From a phage, in sequence record PZ386973.1: a stretch of 64,000 nt of DNA. One strand, written 5' to 3'. A program made the translations under genes and the position numbers. This document shows positions 27,549 through 35,221 of this stretch, piece by piece; position 1 is the stretch's first letter; each line of letters starts with the position of its first letter. Below the pieces are notes generated by a model, which saw nothing but the letters and a program-made list of their open reading frames with translations, searched no databases and was not told where the DNA came from.

Positions 27549-27628
27549 GGGTCGTTAGCCAAGCGGTTTGGCGGTGGACTGTTAATCCATGTCGAAAGAC
27601 AACGTAGGTTCGAATCCTACACGGCCCG
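27549..27628 (+). tRNA. tRNA with GTT anticodon and 13-nt variable arm
   Basis: Acceptor GGGTCGT/ACGGCCC, D-stem GCCA/TGGC, anticodon stem GTGGA/TCCAT, loop CTGTTAA. Confidence 0.55.
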
Positions 27629-27733
27629 CCAAATTCTGTGTAGAGTTAAGTAAACCGGTAGCCAACCAGCTATCATTGCTGACATCGAATTCAGCCACAG
27701 ATACCATTTTCATTAATAACTGAGGAAACAAGC

Positions 27734-27919
27734 ATGTCCAAGAATGTAATTGCGCAGCTAGAAGTTCATCGTGATAGCACTATCAATAATATTGAAGTTG
27801 AGAAGAAATACATCGAAGAACTTAAACATGATATACTAGTAAGTCTCAACCGTCTTAATGTACGAAAAGAGTTTCTTAAAGAACTTAATGCAGCTATTGA
27901 AAAACTCAAAGCTGAGTAA
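27734..27919 (+). CDS. hypothetical small protein
   Basis: Track ORF. Confidence 0.4.
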   Translation: MSKNVIAQLEVHRDSTINNIEVEKKYIEELKHDILVSLNRLNVRKEFLKELNAAIEKLKAE

Positions 27920-27927
27920 ATAAATTA

Positions 27928-28001
27928 TGCGACCGGGGCTGGCTTGGTAATGGTACTCCCCTGTCACGGGAGAGAATGTGGGTTCAAATCCCATCGGTCG
28001 C
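27928..28001 (+). tRNA. tRNA-Asp (anticodon GTC)
   Basis: Acceptor GCGACCG/CGGTCGC, anticodon stem CTCCC/GGGAG, loop CTGTCAC. Confidence 0.75.
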
Positions 28002-28022
28002 GCCAAATAAGGTAGGTTAGCT

Positions 28023-28181
28023 ATGGAACGTAGGGAGTTTACTCCAGAAGAGATAGAGCAGATAAAAGAATCTGCTATGAAAAATGCTAGAATATCTCTG
28101 TCACTGGAAGGTATCATTATTAGTGACGTAAACTTTGAAAAAATCAAAGCCATAGCTGATGAACTGGAAAAAGTAATTTAA
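28023..28181 (+). CDS. hypothetical small protein
   Basis: ATG 28023; 52 codons. Confidence 0.4.
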   Translation: MERREFTPEEIEQIKESAMKNARISLSLEGIIISDVNFEKIKAIADELEKVI

Positions 28182-28182
28182 T

Positions 28183-28255
28183 ACATCCATAGCTCAATGG
28201 TTAGAGCTACCGCCTCTTAAGCGGAGGGTTCTAGGTTCAAGTCCTAGTGGGTGTA
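28183..28255 (+). tRNA. tRNA-Lys (anticodon CTT)
   Basis: Acceptor ACATCCA/TGGGTGT, D-stem GCTC/GAGC, loop CTCTTAA. Confidence 0.65.
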
Positions 28256-28284
28256 CCAAATTAAACTAGCACGAGAAATATGCT

Positions 28285-28632
28285 ATGATTAATGCTAAAG
28301 AAGAGTTGTTACTTGCCCTAAAGAATACTAAGTCTGAAGTTAAGTGTATTAAGATAGAATTCGGTTATTATGGGGATAAAGAAGTTTGGGTATTACCCGT
28401 AGGTTATACAGAAAAAGATATTGAAGATTTTCTAGATAATCTAGACTTTAAATATGATTCTGGTTTCGGCGGACAACTGCTTTATGGTAACGTATGGTTT
28501 ACTGATGGAACTTGGTTAGAACGTGGTGAATATGATGGTTCTGAATGGTGGGAATATAAGACTACACCAGCAATCCCAGAAGAATGCCGAACAATTAATG
28601 GTGAAGTAGATCGTACTTTACTATTAAATTAA
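28285..28632 (+). CDS. hypothetical protein
   Basis: Track ORF. Confidence 0.45.
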   Translation: MINAKEELLLALKNTKSEVKCIKIEFGYYGDKEVWVLPVGYTEKDIEDFLDNLDFKYDSGFGGQLLYGNVWFTDGTWLERGEYDGSEWWEYKTTPAIPEECRTINGEVDRTLLLN

Positions 28633-28640
28633 CAAAATTT

Positions 28641-28741
28641 CAGTGCAGAACACGGAGCTAGCAATTCGGAAGTGCTGACTCATGATAAGCTGCCTATGTA
28701 CTTGCGAAGCGGTCGTGTCCAAGACTCGGACTCTTGCACTG
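28641..28741 (+). ncRNA. candidate structured RNA closed by a long-range stem
   Basis: 5' CAGTGCA (28641-28647) pairs with 3' TGCACTG (28735-28741); no ORF. Confidence 0.3.
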
Positions 28742-28754
28742 AAAACAATCAAAC

Positions 28755-28875
28755 ATTCTAGCGTGGTTGATGGGGAAACCAGCTTGGCTAGGGCAGAAGC
28801 TCGTTCGATTCGAGTGGAAGAATGGTTCTCGTAAGTCCGCACAAGTGATAACAGGTTCGAGTCCTGTCTAGAATG
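28755..28875 (+). tRNA. tRNA-like element with two tandem T-arm hairpins
   Basis: ATTCTAG...CTAGAAT outer pairing; GCTCG-TTCGATT-CGAGT and ACAGG-TTCGAGT-CCTGT; too long for a canonical tRNA. Confidence 0.3.
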
Positions 28876-28884
28876 ACACTATAA

Positions 28885-29010
28885 AGTTTACTTATTGAGT
28901 AGGTTCCGATAGATCGGCGGGTCTATTCTGGCATTTAAGAGAGGTCTCGCAAACTTCTTTGTCAGCCGTGGGGTTCATAGCCTCCAGGTGGCCTACACAA
29001 TAAGTAAATT
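28885..29010 (+). ncRNA. candidate structured RNA closed by a 12-13 bp long-range stem
   Basis: AGTTTACTTATTG (28885-28897) pairs with CAATAAGTAAATT (28998-29010). Confidence 0.3.
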
Positions 29011-29024
29011 TATTAAAAATTCAT

Positions 29025-29053
29025 TTGCTATTCTGCTTAATTATCTGTATAAT
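29025..29053 (+). promoter_or_regulatory. early promoter module
   Basis: AAAAATTCATTTGCTA...TATAAT. Confidence 0.55.
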
Positions 29054-29085
29054 ATATTTTATAAAGTGAAGAGAAGGAAAGCAAA

Positions 29086-29244
29086 ATGAAACACAAGATA
29101 GCTCAAGTTTTTATGGCATTATGGTGTATGCCAATAGCTATAACAGCATTTAATCTAGATACTCTTACTATAGAAGAAAAATGTATCGGATTAGTTAGCG
29201 GCTTTAGTATGCTGGGCTTATCTTTGCTGTGGTTAAAGAAATAA
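29086..29244 (+). CDS. small hydrophobic membrane protein
   Basis: ATG after AGGAAAG; 52 codons with two hydrophobic segments; the overlapping minus-strand track ORF was rejected. Confidence 0.45.
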   Translation: MKHKIAQVFMALWCMPIAITAFNLDTLTIEEKCIGLVSGFSMLGLSLLWLKK

Positions 29245-29248
29245 TATT

Positions 29249-29323
29249 CTCCGTGTAGCTCAGTTTGGCCAGAGCGTTTCGTTTGGGGCGATAGGGTCGG
29301 GGGTTCAAATCCTCCCACGGAGA
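29249..29323 (+). tRNA. tRNA-Pro (anticodon TGG)
   Basis: Acceptor CTCCGTG/CACGGAG, D-arm GCTC...GAGC, loop TTTGGGG. Confidence 0.65.
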
Positions 29324-29333
29324 CCAAACAATT

Positions 29334-29407
29334 GCGGGTTAGATCTCTGGTAGAGATCGCTAGTCTCATAAGCTAGAAAGAGGTAGGTTCGATTCCTGCA
29401 CCCGCTT
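29334..29407 (+). tRNA. tRNA with CAT anticodon (Met, fMet or Ile2)
   Basis: T-arm GTAGG-TTCGATT-CCTGC, loop CTCATAA; acceptor end pairing ambiguous at position 1. Confidence 0.5.
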
Positions 29408-29430
29408 CCATTTTAATAGAGGATTTCGAA

Positions 29431-29598
29431 ATGAAAGTATTTCGATTAGTAGTAAGTGATAAACGTTTAGGTAAGAATACATCAAAATCCTTACTCGCTC
29501 ATTACGGTAAAAATTGGGATGAAGTAATGGTAGAGTTTAGTACTAATCACCCTTACCTGAAAGTTCACTCTATTAAAGAAGTATACAATGGTTACTAA
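29431..29598 (+). CDS. hypothetical small protein
   Basis: ATG 29431; 55 codons. Confidence 0.4.
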   Translation: MKVFRLVVSDKRLGKNTSKSLLAHYGKNWDEVMVEFSTNHPYLKVHSIKEVYNGY

Positions 29599-29599
29599 T

Positions 29600-29675
29600 A
29601 GATCGCTAGCTCAATAGGTTTAGTAGCATCCGACTTTTAATCGGAAGGTTCTGGGTTCAAGTCCCAGGCGATCTA
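29600..29675 (+). tRNA. tRNA-Lys (anticodon TTT)
   Basis: Acceptor AGATCGC/GCGATCT, anticodon stem TCCGA/TCGGA, loop CTTTTAA. Confidence 0.75.
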
Positions 29676-29696
29676 CCAATTTCAAGAAAAACGCAG

Positions 29697-29725
29697 TTGC
29701 TTGATGCTTAATTTCTTGTTATAAT
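29697..29725 (+). promoter_or_regulatory. early promoter module
   Basis: TTGCTT-N17-TATAAT followed by a GATGAGGATTTCTCCTCATC hairpin. Confidence 0.55.
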
Positions 29726-29963
29726 ATTTATATAAATTGATGAGGATTTCTCCTCATCATAGTTCACTAAGGTATTAGCTCGACCTAGGACTGGCTGCCA
29801 AAAAGCACGATCCCTACGATTCGGGAGAAGTTCTAGATTAGTCCACTAGATTCAGCGGCAACTGAATAGTGTATCGGGTTTGCGAGATGACGTAGTTCCT
29901 TCCGCTCGAAGCGAAGGTGCTGTAGTTACGCCGAGCTAATAGCCTTAGTAAATTAAAGAATTT

Positions 29964-30039
29964 GGGGGATGGGTCTGCTAGGAGTGGACACCTCGCTTGC
30001 ACCGAGGACATCAGAACGATTCGAATTCGTTATCCTCCA
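29964..30039 (+). tRNA. tRNA-Ala (anticodon TGC)
   Basis: Acceptor GGGGGAT/ATCCTCC, anticodon stem CCTCG/CGAGG, loop CTTGCAC. Confidence 0.65.
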
Positions 30040-30047
30040 CCAAATAC

Positions 30048-30121
30048 GCGTGATTGATGGAATGGGCATACATACCGTCCTTAGAAGTCGGGTTTTGAGG
30101 GTTCGAATCCCTTGTCACGCA
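30048..30121 (+). tRNA. tRNA, anticodon read as TAG (Leu-type) on a class I body
   Basis: Acceptor GCGTGAT/GTCACGC, T-arm GAGGG-TTCGAAT-CCCTT, loop CTTAGAA, A73; D-arm pairing unclear. Confidence 0.5.
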
Positions 30122-30236
30122 CCAAATTTGATGGTCAGAGTAAATTAAACCTACTATCTCGGTTGAGCTGTTTTAATGGGTTCGAATCCCAGCGAGGCGT
30201 AACTGCCTGGCGTGATAGAGGCATCATCTTATTATT

Positions 30237-30324
30237 GGAAGAGCAAATCGAATTGGCGACGAAAACCGCTTGGAAAGTGGCTGACTGGTAAAACGGCTTG
30301 AGAGTTCAAATCTCTTCTCTTCCG
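30237..30324 (+). tRNA. tRNA-Ser (anticodon GGA)
   Basis: Acceptor GGAAGAG/CTCTTCC, loop TTGGAAA, long variable arm. Confidence 0.6.
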
Positions 30325-30339
30325 CCAAACAATTTATAT

Positions 30340-30431
30340 GGTAGGTCAATCCAAAGGCTGGCGCTGGACTCCGACTTGAAATCGGTTGATCGTAGTGATA
30401 CGGTGTAAGGGTTCGATCCCCTTACCTACCT
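30340..30431 (+). tRNA. tRNA-Ser (anticodon TGA)
   Basis: Acceptor GGTAGGT/ACCTACC, anticodon stem CCGA/TCGG, loop CTTGAAA, long variable arm. Confidence 0.65.
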
Positions 30432-30439
30432 CCAAATCT

Positions 30440-30570
30440 TGGAATATGCCGGAATTAGTAGACGGGACTGCCGAATAGGTTTACTAGGAACATCCACTCC
30501 TAGAAATATACCTTAAAGGCGGTTGAGATAAATGGTCTATCTCGTGAAGGTTCAAGTCCTTCTATTCCTT
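30440..30570 (+). tRNA. tRNA-like element (Leu-type D-arm, over-length)
   Basis: GCCGGAATTAGTAGACGGG resembles a Leu D-arm; T-arm GAAGG-TTCAAGT-CCTTC; 131 nt, no clean cloverleaf. Confidence 0.3.
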
Positions 30571-30684
30571 GATACATCAATGGCTCAAAGTGTAACGGTG
30601 CTATTTGATGCTCTTGGAAAGACTTTCCCGACAGGCGTTCGGGGGTAAGCTTCTGAGGCTAGAATAGAAGAGTTTCTGAGAGCC

Positions 30685-30804
30685 GCCACAATTGAAAATT
30701 CGTACTCGTCTTGAGCTGCGTGCAATAGGAGATAACTTGATTAGTATTCTAGAACATGCTAATTGAGGATGGTTTCGCTAACCCTGCGAGTTTTCAATTG
30801 TGGC
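30685..30804 (+). ncRNA. candidate structured RNA closed by a perfect 14-bp long-range stem
   Basis: GCCACAATTGAAAA (30685-30698) is the exact reverse complement of TTTTCAATTGTGGC (30791-30804). Confidence 0.35.
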
Positions 30805-30873
30805 TATATCATAATTGGTTAATGATCCTGATTGTGAATCAGGCCTATGTGGATTCGAATTCCACTAGCCACC
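30800..30873 (+). tRNA. tRNA-His (anticodon GTG)
   Basis: Acceptor GTGGCTA/TAGCCAC, anticodon stem CCTGA/TCAGG, loop TTGTGAA, C73. Confidence 0.7.
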
Positions 30874-30901
30874 CCAAATTAACTTAAATAGGAAATAAAA
30901 T

Positions 30902-31099
30902 ATGGCTGATTTCTGCAAACAATGCTCTATTGATATGTGGGGCAGAGATACTGGTGATCTTTCTGGTTTGATTACAGAAGCCGAAGTTAAAGAAGGTTAT
31001 GGTGCAGTTGTGATTTGCGAAGGATGCGGAGTTATTCGAGTGGATCATGAAGGCAAACGTTTAGAAGAGCAGGAAAATTTAGGAGAAACAAATGAGTAA
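30902..31099 (+). CDS. small Cys-rich protein
   Basis: CKQC...CEGCG. Confidence 0.45.
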   Translation: MADFCKQCSIDMWGRDTGDLSGLITEAEVKEGYGAVVICEGCGVIRVDHEGKRLEEQENLGETNE

Positions 31100-31328
31100 T
31101 GCCTTAATTAGTGAAATTATGTTAACACGTCTTGCAGAATTACAAACTCTTCGAGATGAATCTCAGAATAACTTAGCCTACCATAAACAGATGGTAGATA
31201 CTCTTACTACTCGTATTGAAACTTACGAGCGCGATATTGCAGCATTACAAGCCCTTTTCTCTGTGTCAGCACCCGATACGTTAGAACAGCCTCCTGTGTC
31301 TCAGCCGGTAGAAACAGCATCTAGTTAA
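31092..31328 (+). CDS. hypothetical protein
   Basis: Track ORF. Confidence 0.45.
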   Translation: MSNALISEIMLTRLAELQTLRDESQNNLAYHKQMVDTLTTRIETYERDIAALQALFSVSAPDTLEQPPVSQPVETASS

Positions 31329-31337
31329 TAGCATTCT

Positions 31338-31410
31338 TGGAGTGTAGATCAATTGGCAGATCGTCGGCCTCTGACTCCGAAGGTTCCTGGTTCGATCCCA
31401 GGCACTCCAG
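31338..31410 (+). tRNA. tRNA-Gln (anticodon CTG, tentative)
   Basis: Acceptor TGGAGTG/CACTCCA, T-arm CCTGG-TTCGATC-CCAGG, loop CTCTGAC. Confidence 0.6.
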
Positions 31411-31419
31411 CCAAACAAT

Positions 31420-31492
31420 TGGAGAGTAGTGTAACGGTTAGCACAACGGCCTTTGACTCCGTTAATGGTAGGTTCGATTCCTCCTTCTCCAG
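31420..31492 (+). tRNA. tRNA-Gln (anticodon TTG)
   Basis: Acceptor TGGAGAG/TTCTCCA, D-stem GTGT/GCAC, loop CTTTGAC. Confidence 0.6.
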
Positions 31493-31503
31493 CCAAATAA
31501 TAG

Positions 31504-31576
31504 GCGGTTAAGCACACGGGTTGTGTCGCAGGCCTTCCAAGCCTCGCTGAGTAGGGTTCGATTCCCTCTAGCCGCT
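31504..31576 (+). tRNA. tRNA-Gly (anticodon TCC)
   Basis: Acceptor GCGGTTA/TAGCCGC, loop CTTCCAA. Confidence 0.6.
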
Positions 31577-31595
31577 CCAACTTTAAGGAAACGTT

Positions 31596-31847
31596 ATGCA
31601 CGTTTTTGAGTTTCGTAATAAAAGTACCGATAAACGAGTTATTGTTATTGGAGAAACATACCGAGCATACGAACAAACTGACGGCTCTGTTATCCTGAAT
31701 GATGAGAAAGGAGGTTTTAGCTTTTATCCAGAAGAACCTTATGAAGAGTTTCGAAAACAATTTAACCTAGACTGGAGAAAGCATTTAAACACTGTTGCTT
31801 CATCTGTAGTATTGCCAACTACCAGTACTGTACCCCCTAATGGCTGA
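31596..31847 (+). CDS. hypothetical protein
   Basis: Track ORF; the minus-strand track ORF 31281-31760 across the tRNAs was rejected. Confidence 0.45.
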   Translation: MHVFEFRNKSTDKRVIVIGETYRAYEQTDGSVILNDEKGGFSFYPEEPYEEFRKQFNLDWRKHLNTVASSVVLPTTSTVPPNG

Positions 31848-32004
31848 CAACCTAAAAGTAAAGATCGATAAACAAAAGAAACGTGTAGAAGTAGAGATTG
31901 GTGAAGAACGTGTAGCCTTCACCTTTGAATTTCTTCAGCAGTTGGCAATGACAGTTATGACTGATAAGTCTCCTGTTATTGAAAAAGAAATCCCGTTGAA
32001 ATAA
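31840..32004 (+). CDS. hypothetical small protein
   Basis: ATG 31840 overlapping the upstream stop; 54 codons. Confidence 0.4.
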   Translation: MADNLKVKIDKQKKRVEVEIGEERVAFTFEFLQQLAMTVMTDKSPVIEKEIPLK

Positions 32005-32012
32005 CGGGTTTT

Positions 32013-32084
32013 GCTCCTAAAGCATTGCTGGCGATGCAGTTGCCTTGTAAGCATCTGAACCGGGTTCGATTCCTGGTGGGAGCA
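32013..32084 (+). tRNA. tRNA-Thr (anticodon TGT)
   Basis: Acceptor GCTCCTA/TGGGAGC, D-stem GCAT/ATGC, loop CTTGTAA. Confidence 0.65.
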
Positions 32085-32102
32085 CCAAATTTAAAAATTC
32101 AT

Positions 32103-32131
32103 TTGCCTTCTCTCTTATTTATTGTTATAAT
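32103..32131 (+). promoter_or_regulatory. early promoter module
   Basis: TTGCCT-N17-TATAAT. Confidence 0.55.
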
Positions 32132-32161
32132 ATTTATATAAATTAATGAGAGGGAAACCAA

Positions 32162-32455
32162 ATGAAACGTTATCTTTCTGTATTATTCCAAGCTGGTGGT
32201 CAACGCTATACTTACGAATTTCCTAGCTCTTGGAAAATAAAAGAAGGTGATCAAGTAGTAGTGTTAACACCACGTGAAGGGTATAAAGTAGTAACGGTTA
32301 AACAAGTATTTCCAAAAGATCATGAACCGGCTAAAGGCATTCGCTATAAGATGATTCATGGTGTGGTTCGTCAAGTACCACGAGCGGAAGTAGAAATCAG
32401 AGTAGATAAAGATGGTAAACTTAAGTATACTTCTTGCTTAGATGAGTTACTATAA
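32162..32455 (+). CDS. hypothetical protein
   Basis: Track ORF. Confidence 0.45.
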   Translation: MKRYLSVLFQAGGQRYTYEFPSSWKIKEGDQVVVLTPREGYKVVTVKQVFPKDHEPAKGIRYKMIHGVVRQVPRAEVEIRVDKDGKLKYTSCLDELL

Positions 32456-32661
32456 TGAGGATTACTTTCACAGAAAAGATCATGAGTAATGGTGTTATGA
32501 TCATTACCGCATGGGATGGTAATCAGTGGTGTAGTGTTTCAGGTATTAAGCCCGAAGAACAAACACTAGAAAATATCTCAAAGATTAAGCGAAGAATGGC
32601 AGAACGTGCACGACTTCCAGGTGCGCCTAGAAATGGTAAACGTTCTGCAATTAAATGTTAA
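32455..32661 (+). CDS. hypothetical protein
   Basis: Track ORF, ATGA overlap. Confidence 0.4.
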   Translation: MRITFTEKIMSNGVMIITAWDGNQWCSVSGIKPEEQTLENISKIKRRMAERARLPGAPRNGKRSAIKC

Positions 32662-32662
32662 T

Positions 32663-32736
32663 GCTTCGGTAGCTTAGCGATCTAAAGCACTCGGCTGATA
32701 ACCGAGAGATCGGGGGTTTAAATCCCTCCCGGAGTA
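32663..32736 (+). tRNA. tRNA-Ile (anticodon GAT)
   Basis: Acceptor GCTTCGG/CCGGAGT, anticodon stem CTCGG/CCGAG, loop CTGATAA; unusual T-loop TTTAAAT. Confidence 0.6.
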
Positions 32737-32835
32737 CCAAATTTAGGAATTAAGACTATGCGTCCAGGAAAGTTTAAAAAAGCTAATTGGTCTAAAGAGT
32801 ATAAAGAATACTTACTTAGTCTAATAAAACATAAT

Positions 32836-32908
32836 AGTTAGTTGGCAGAGTGGTTATGCACCTCCTTCATACGGAGCGACTACAGTGGTTCAAATCCACT
32901 ACTAACTA
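32836..32908 (+). tRNA. tRNA with CAT anticodon (Met or Ile2)
   Basis: Acceptor AGTTAGT/ACTAACT, loop TTCATAC. Confidence 0.6.
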
Positions 32909-32934
32909 CCAAATTCTAACATCGGGGAGATCTA

Positions 32935-33303
32935 ATGAAAGCATATCAAAATCTTAAATCTGGCGTAATTAACCTTGTTCATGAAAATCAGATTATTCAG
33001 CTATACTCCGACAACGGTGAACTTAAACAGAAAGTTCTAGTTGAAGATCTAGAAGGTATCACCCCACAATTCGATCCTGAAGCCTTCCGTGAAGTCAAAG
33101 TGGAAGTCGCCCCTCAAATCGAAGGTGGTCAGCACCTAAATGTCAATGTGTTAAGCCGTGATCAGCTTTTGGATGCGCAGAAACATCCTGAAAAATATCC
33201 TCAGTTGACCATCCGTGTCTCTGGCTACGCTGTTCGATTTAACGCACTGACTCGTGAACAACAGAACGACGTTATTAGTCGTACATTTACTCAGGCGATG
33301 TAA
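32935..33303 (+). CDS. grcA: autonomous glycyl-radical cofactor (GrcA/YfiD-like)
   Basis: C-terminal [27 protein letters not shown] matches the glycyl-radical signature RVSGYAV. Confidence 0.7.
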   Translation: MKAYQNLKSGVINLVHENQIIQLYSDNGELKQKVLVEDLEGITPQFDPEAFREVKVEVAPQIEGGQHLNVNVLSRDQLLDAQKHPEKYPQLTIRVSGYAVRFNALTREQQNDVISRTFTQAM

Positions 33304-33384
33304 TGGGGTTTGGATACGATTTCTCCGAGCTACATGAGGTAGTCGAGCAAACTCCATTTATCTCCCAAGTTTTAGGAGAAATGT

Positions 33385-33690
33385 GTGGATCGAGCATTAA
33401 GACGCCATCACCGGCAACGTGTGAAGAACAACCGTAAGAAGTATTGGACAGTCTTTCCACATGAAGAAAGCCCTAAGCGGTTAGGTATTATCACTACTAC
33501 TCCTTGCATCTGTTCTTGTTGGATGTGTGGGAACCCTCGCAAATATTATAAGAATAGTAAAGCAGGTATGAAAACCTCGGAGATCAGGAAAATGGAAGCG
33601 ATGATTGCGGACATCACCTATACTGGTGGTATTTCAAATGATGAATTTGATGGCTTCGTAGCGTTCGAAGATGAACGCCCCGATCTGTAA
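33385..33690 (+). CDS. hypothetical basic, Cys-containing protein
   Basis: Track ORF. Confidence 0.45.
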   Translation: MDRALRRHHRQRVKNNRKKYWTVFPHEESPKRLGIITTTPCICSCWMCGNPRKYYKNSKAGMKTSEIRKMEAMIADITYTGGISNDEFDGFVAFEDERPDL

Positions 33691-33699
33691 TTAATAACA

Positions 33700-33736
33700 A
33701 ACCCCAGCTATTGAATAAGTAGTCTGGGGTTTTTCT
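33700..33736 (+). terminator. rho-independent terminator
   Basis: CCCCAG...CTGGGG stem followed by TTTTT. Confidence 0.6.
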
Positions 33737-33811
33737 GTATAAAGGTACATAATATATGTATAATAAAATTCATCCACATTAGGTTAATTTAAAAGACTTA
33801 ATGGAGGTAAT

Positions 33812-34159
33812 ATGAGCCGTACTTATCGTAAACAATCTGGTGATCAGTGGTGGAAGTCTAAAGAACAATTCTCTCAAGAATATTCTTTCCTCAAAGAAAA
33901 TGGCTACTGGATTCGTGTTATTTATGCCAAATCCTGGGACGACATCAAAAAAGAAATGAAGGAAGCAACCATTCGTAATGAGAAAAAGGATGGTTATAAC
34001 TGGAATTCTATTAGTAAGAATGTTAAGTGGCATTCTAATAAAATGGTTCGTCAAGGGAATCGTCAAGAACTCCACCGCGTGATGAAAGATCCAGAAAATT
34101 ATGATTATAATCGCGATCATGACATGCGTAAACGTGGGTTATGGTGGTGCTATGACTAA
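33812..34159 (+). CDS. hypothetical protein
   Basis: Track ORF after GGAGG. Confidence 0.45.
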   Translation: MSRTYRKQSGDQWWKSKEQFSQEYSFLKENGYWIRVIYAKSWDDIKKEMKEATIRNEKKDGYNWNSISKNVKWHSNKMVRQGNRQELHRVMKDPENYDYNRDHDMRKRGLWWCYD

Positions 34160-34176
34160 ATTCTGAAATAATTCAT

Positions 34177-34205
34177 TTGCTAAACCTCTCTTTTCTTGTT
34201 ATAAT
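34177..34205 (+). promoter_or_regulatory. early promoter module
   Basis: TTGCTA-N17-TATAAT. Confidence 0.55.
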
Positions 34206-34235
34206 ATGTTTATAAATTGATGAGAGAGGTTTGAA

Positions 34236-34517
34236 ATGAAAACTCGTCTAGACTGTGCTGTTCATGTTCTTGAACATGATGTTGCGGGAACCTGTATGTC
34301 TTACCACGAAGCAGGTCGTTTAATTAAAGAACGTGTGGCAGATGTGTGCGGATTGAAGATTACTGCTGAGGAAGCTGATGATCTTTTAGGTCAAGCACTG
34401 GAGAAAACCGAAATGTTTCTCTGTGATTCTTGTTCTTGGTGGTGTGAAGCCCACGAACGTTCTTTCAACGATTATGATGTATGTCGTGATTGTAGTGGGG
34501 AGGATGAAGATGAATAA
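34236..34517 (+). CDS. Cys-rich hypothetical protein
   Basis: Track ORF; CDSCSWWC...CRDC. Confidence 0.45.
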   Translation: MKTRLDCAVHVLEHDVAGTCMSYHEAGRLIKERVADVCGLKITAEEADDLLGQALEKTEMFLCDSCSWWCEAHERSFNDYDVCRDCSGEDEDE

Positions 34518-34809
34518 GTTTATTATTGCACTGATGATCTCCGCAGTTAGTTTCGGTTCTCTGGCGTCTACCAAAGTTTCTATGAAAAATGGTAATGTTA
34601 AAGTCCAACAGAACGGCATTATTACCGAGTATGGTAAAGTTCGTGATGTTAAGGAACGTAATGGTAAAGTAGAAATATATACTAATAAAAACTTCTCTAC
34701 TCCAGCCGTTACTATTAGCAAACGCGGTGAAATAACCACTCAACGTACTAATAGCTCCAGTTCTTTTACTTGTCGTTATGATTGCGACTTTGAAGGTGAA
34801 GATGAATAA
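34510..34809 (+). CDS. secreted small protein
   Basis: ATG 34510; signal-peptide-like MNKFIIALMISAVSFGSLAS. Confidence 0.45.
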   Translation: MNKFIIALMISAVSFGSLASTKVSMKNGNVKVQQNGIITEYGKVRDVKERNGKVEIYTNKNFSTPAVTISKRGEITTQRTNSSSSFTCRYDCDFEGEDE

Positions 34810-35221
34810 TTTAGACCCTAGAATTAAATTTGCAATTACAGAAATCCAAGATCAAATTGATGAGGACTTCACCGTTTGGTCAAGGTCTGGTAATGGAGAA
34901 TATTGCCAGCTTTATAGCCTGAAAATGGGTATCTCAATTGAGCTTAATATCAACTCTGAAGGTAGAGTAGAGGCCCAACCCATGTTCAGTGTTCCAGGCT
35001 TCTCTGGATTTGTTGCAGGTATAAAATTGTGTCTACCAAATAACCATCTTCATCGAGTTATTTGTCAGTTAGAGACTATTAAGCATTTCTTGCCAGAAGG
35101 TAATATTAATGACTACTACCATGAAGTTGTAGCAGCTCATATGATGAAAGAAAGTAAACGTCGGAGAGAAGAACGTGAAAAGACTAAACATCAACAGCAC
35201 AGTGCAGATTCCAGCAACTAA
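34802..35221 (+). CDS. hypothetical protein
   Basis: In-frame ATG 34802. Confidence 0.45.
   Translation: MNNLDPRIKFAITEIQDQIDEDFTVWSRSGNGEYCQLYSLKMGISIELNINSEGRVEAQPMFSVPGFSGFVAGIKLCLPNNHLHRVICQLETIKHFLPEGNINDYYHEVVAAHMMKESKRRREEREKTKHQQHSADSSN

Noticed and set aside
27836-28153. Minus-strand track ORF of 105 aa
   Set aside because: It overlaps tRNA-Asp and plus-strand small ORFs.
28755-28875. Single canonical tRNA spanning the outer ATTCTAG/CTAGAAT pairing
   Set aside because: 121 nt is too long for any standard tRNA; kept only as a tRNA-like element.
29103-29369. Minus-strand track ORF of 88 aa
   Set aside because: It runs antisense across tRNA-Pro and the plus-strand small membrane ORF, which has a proper RBS and promoter.
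31281-31760. Minus-strand track ORF of 159 aa
   Set aside because: It spans three plus-strand tRNA genes (Gln, Gln, Gly) and is antisense to a plus-strand ORF.
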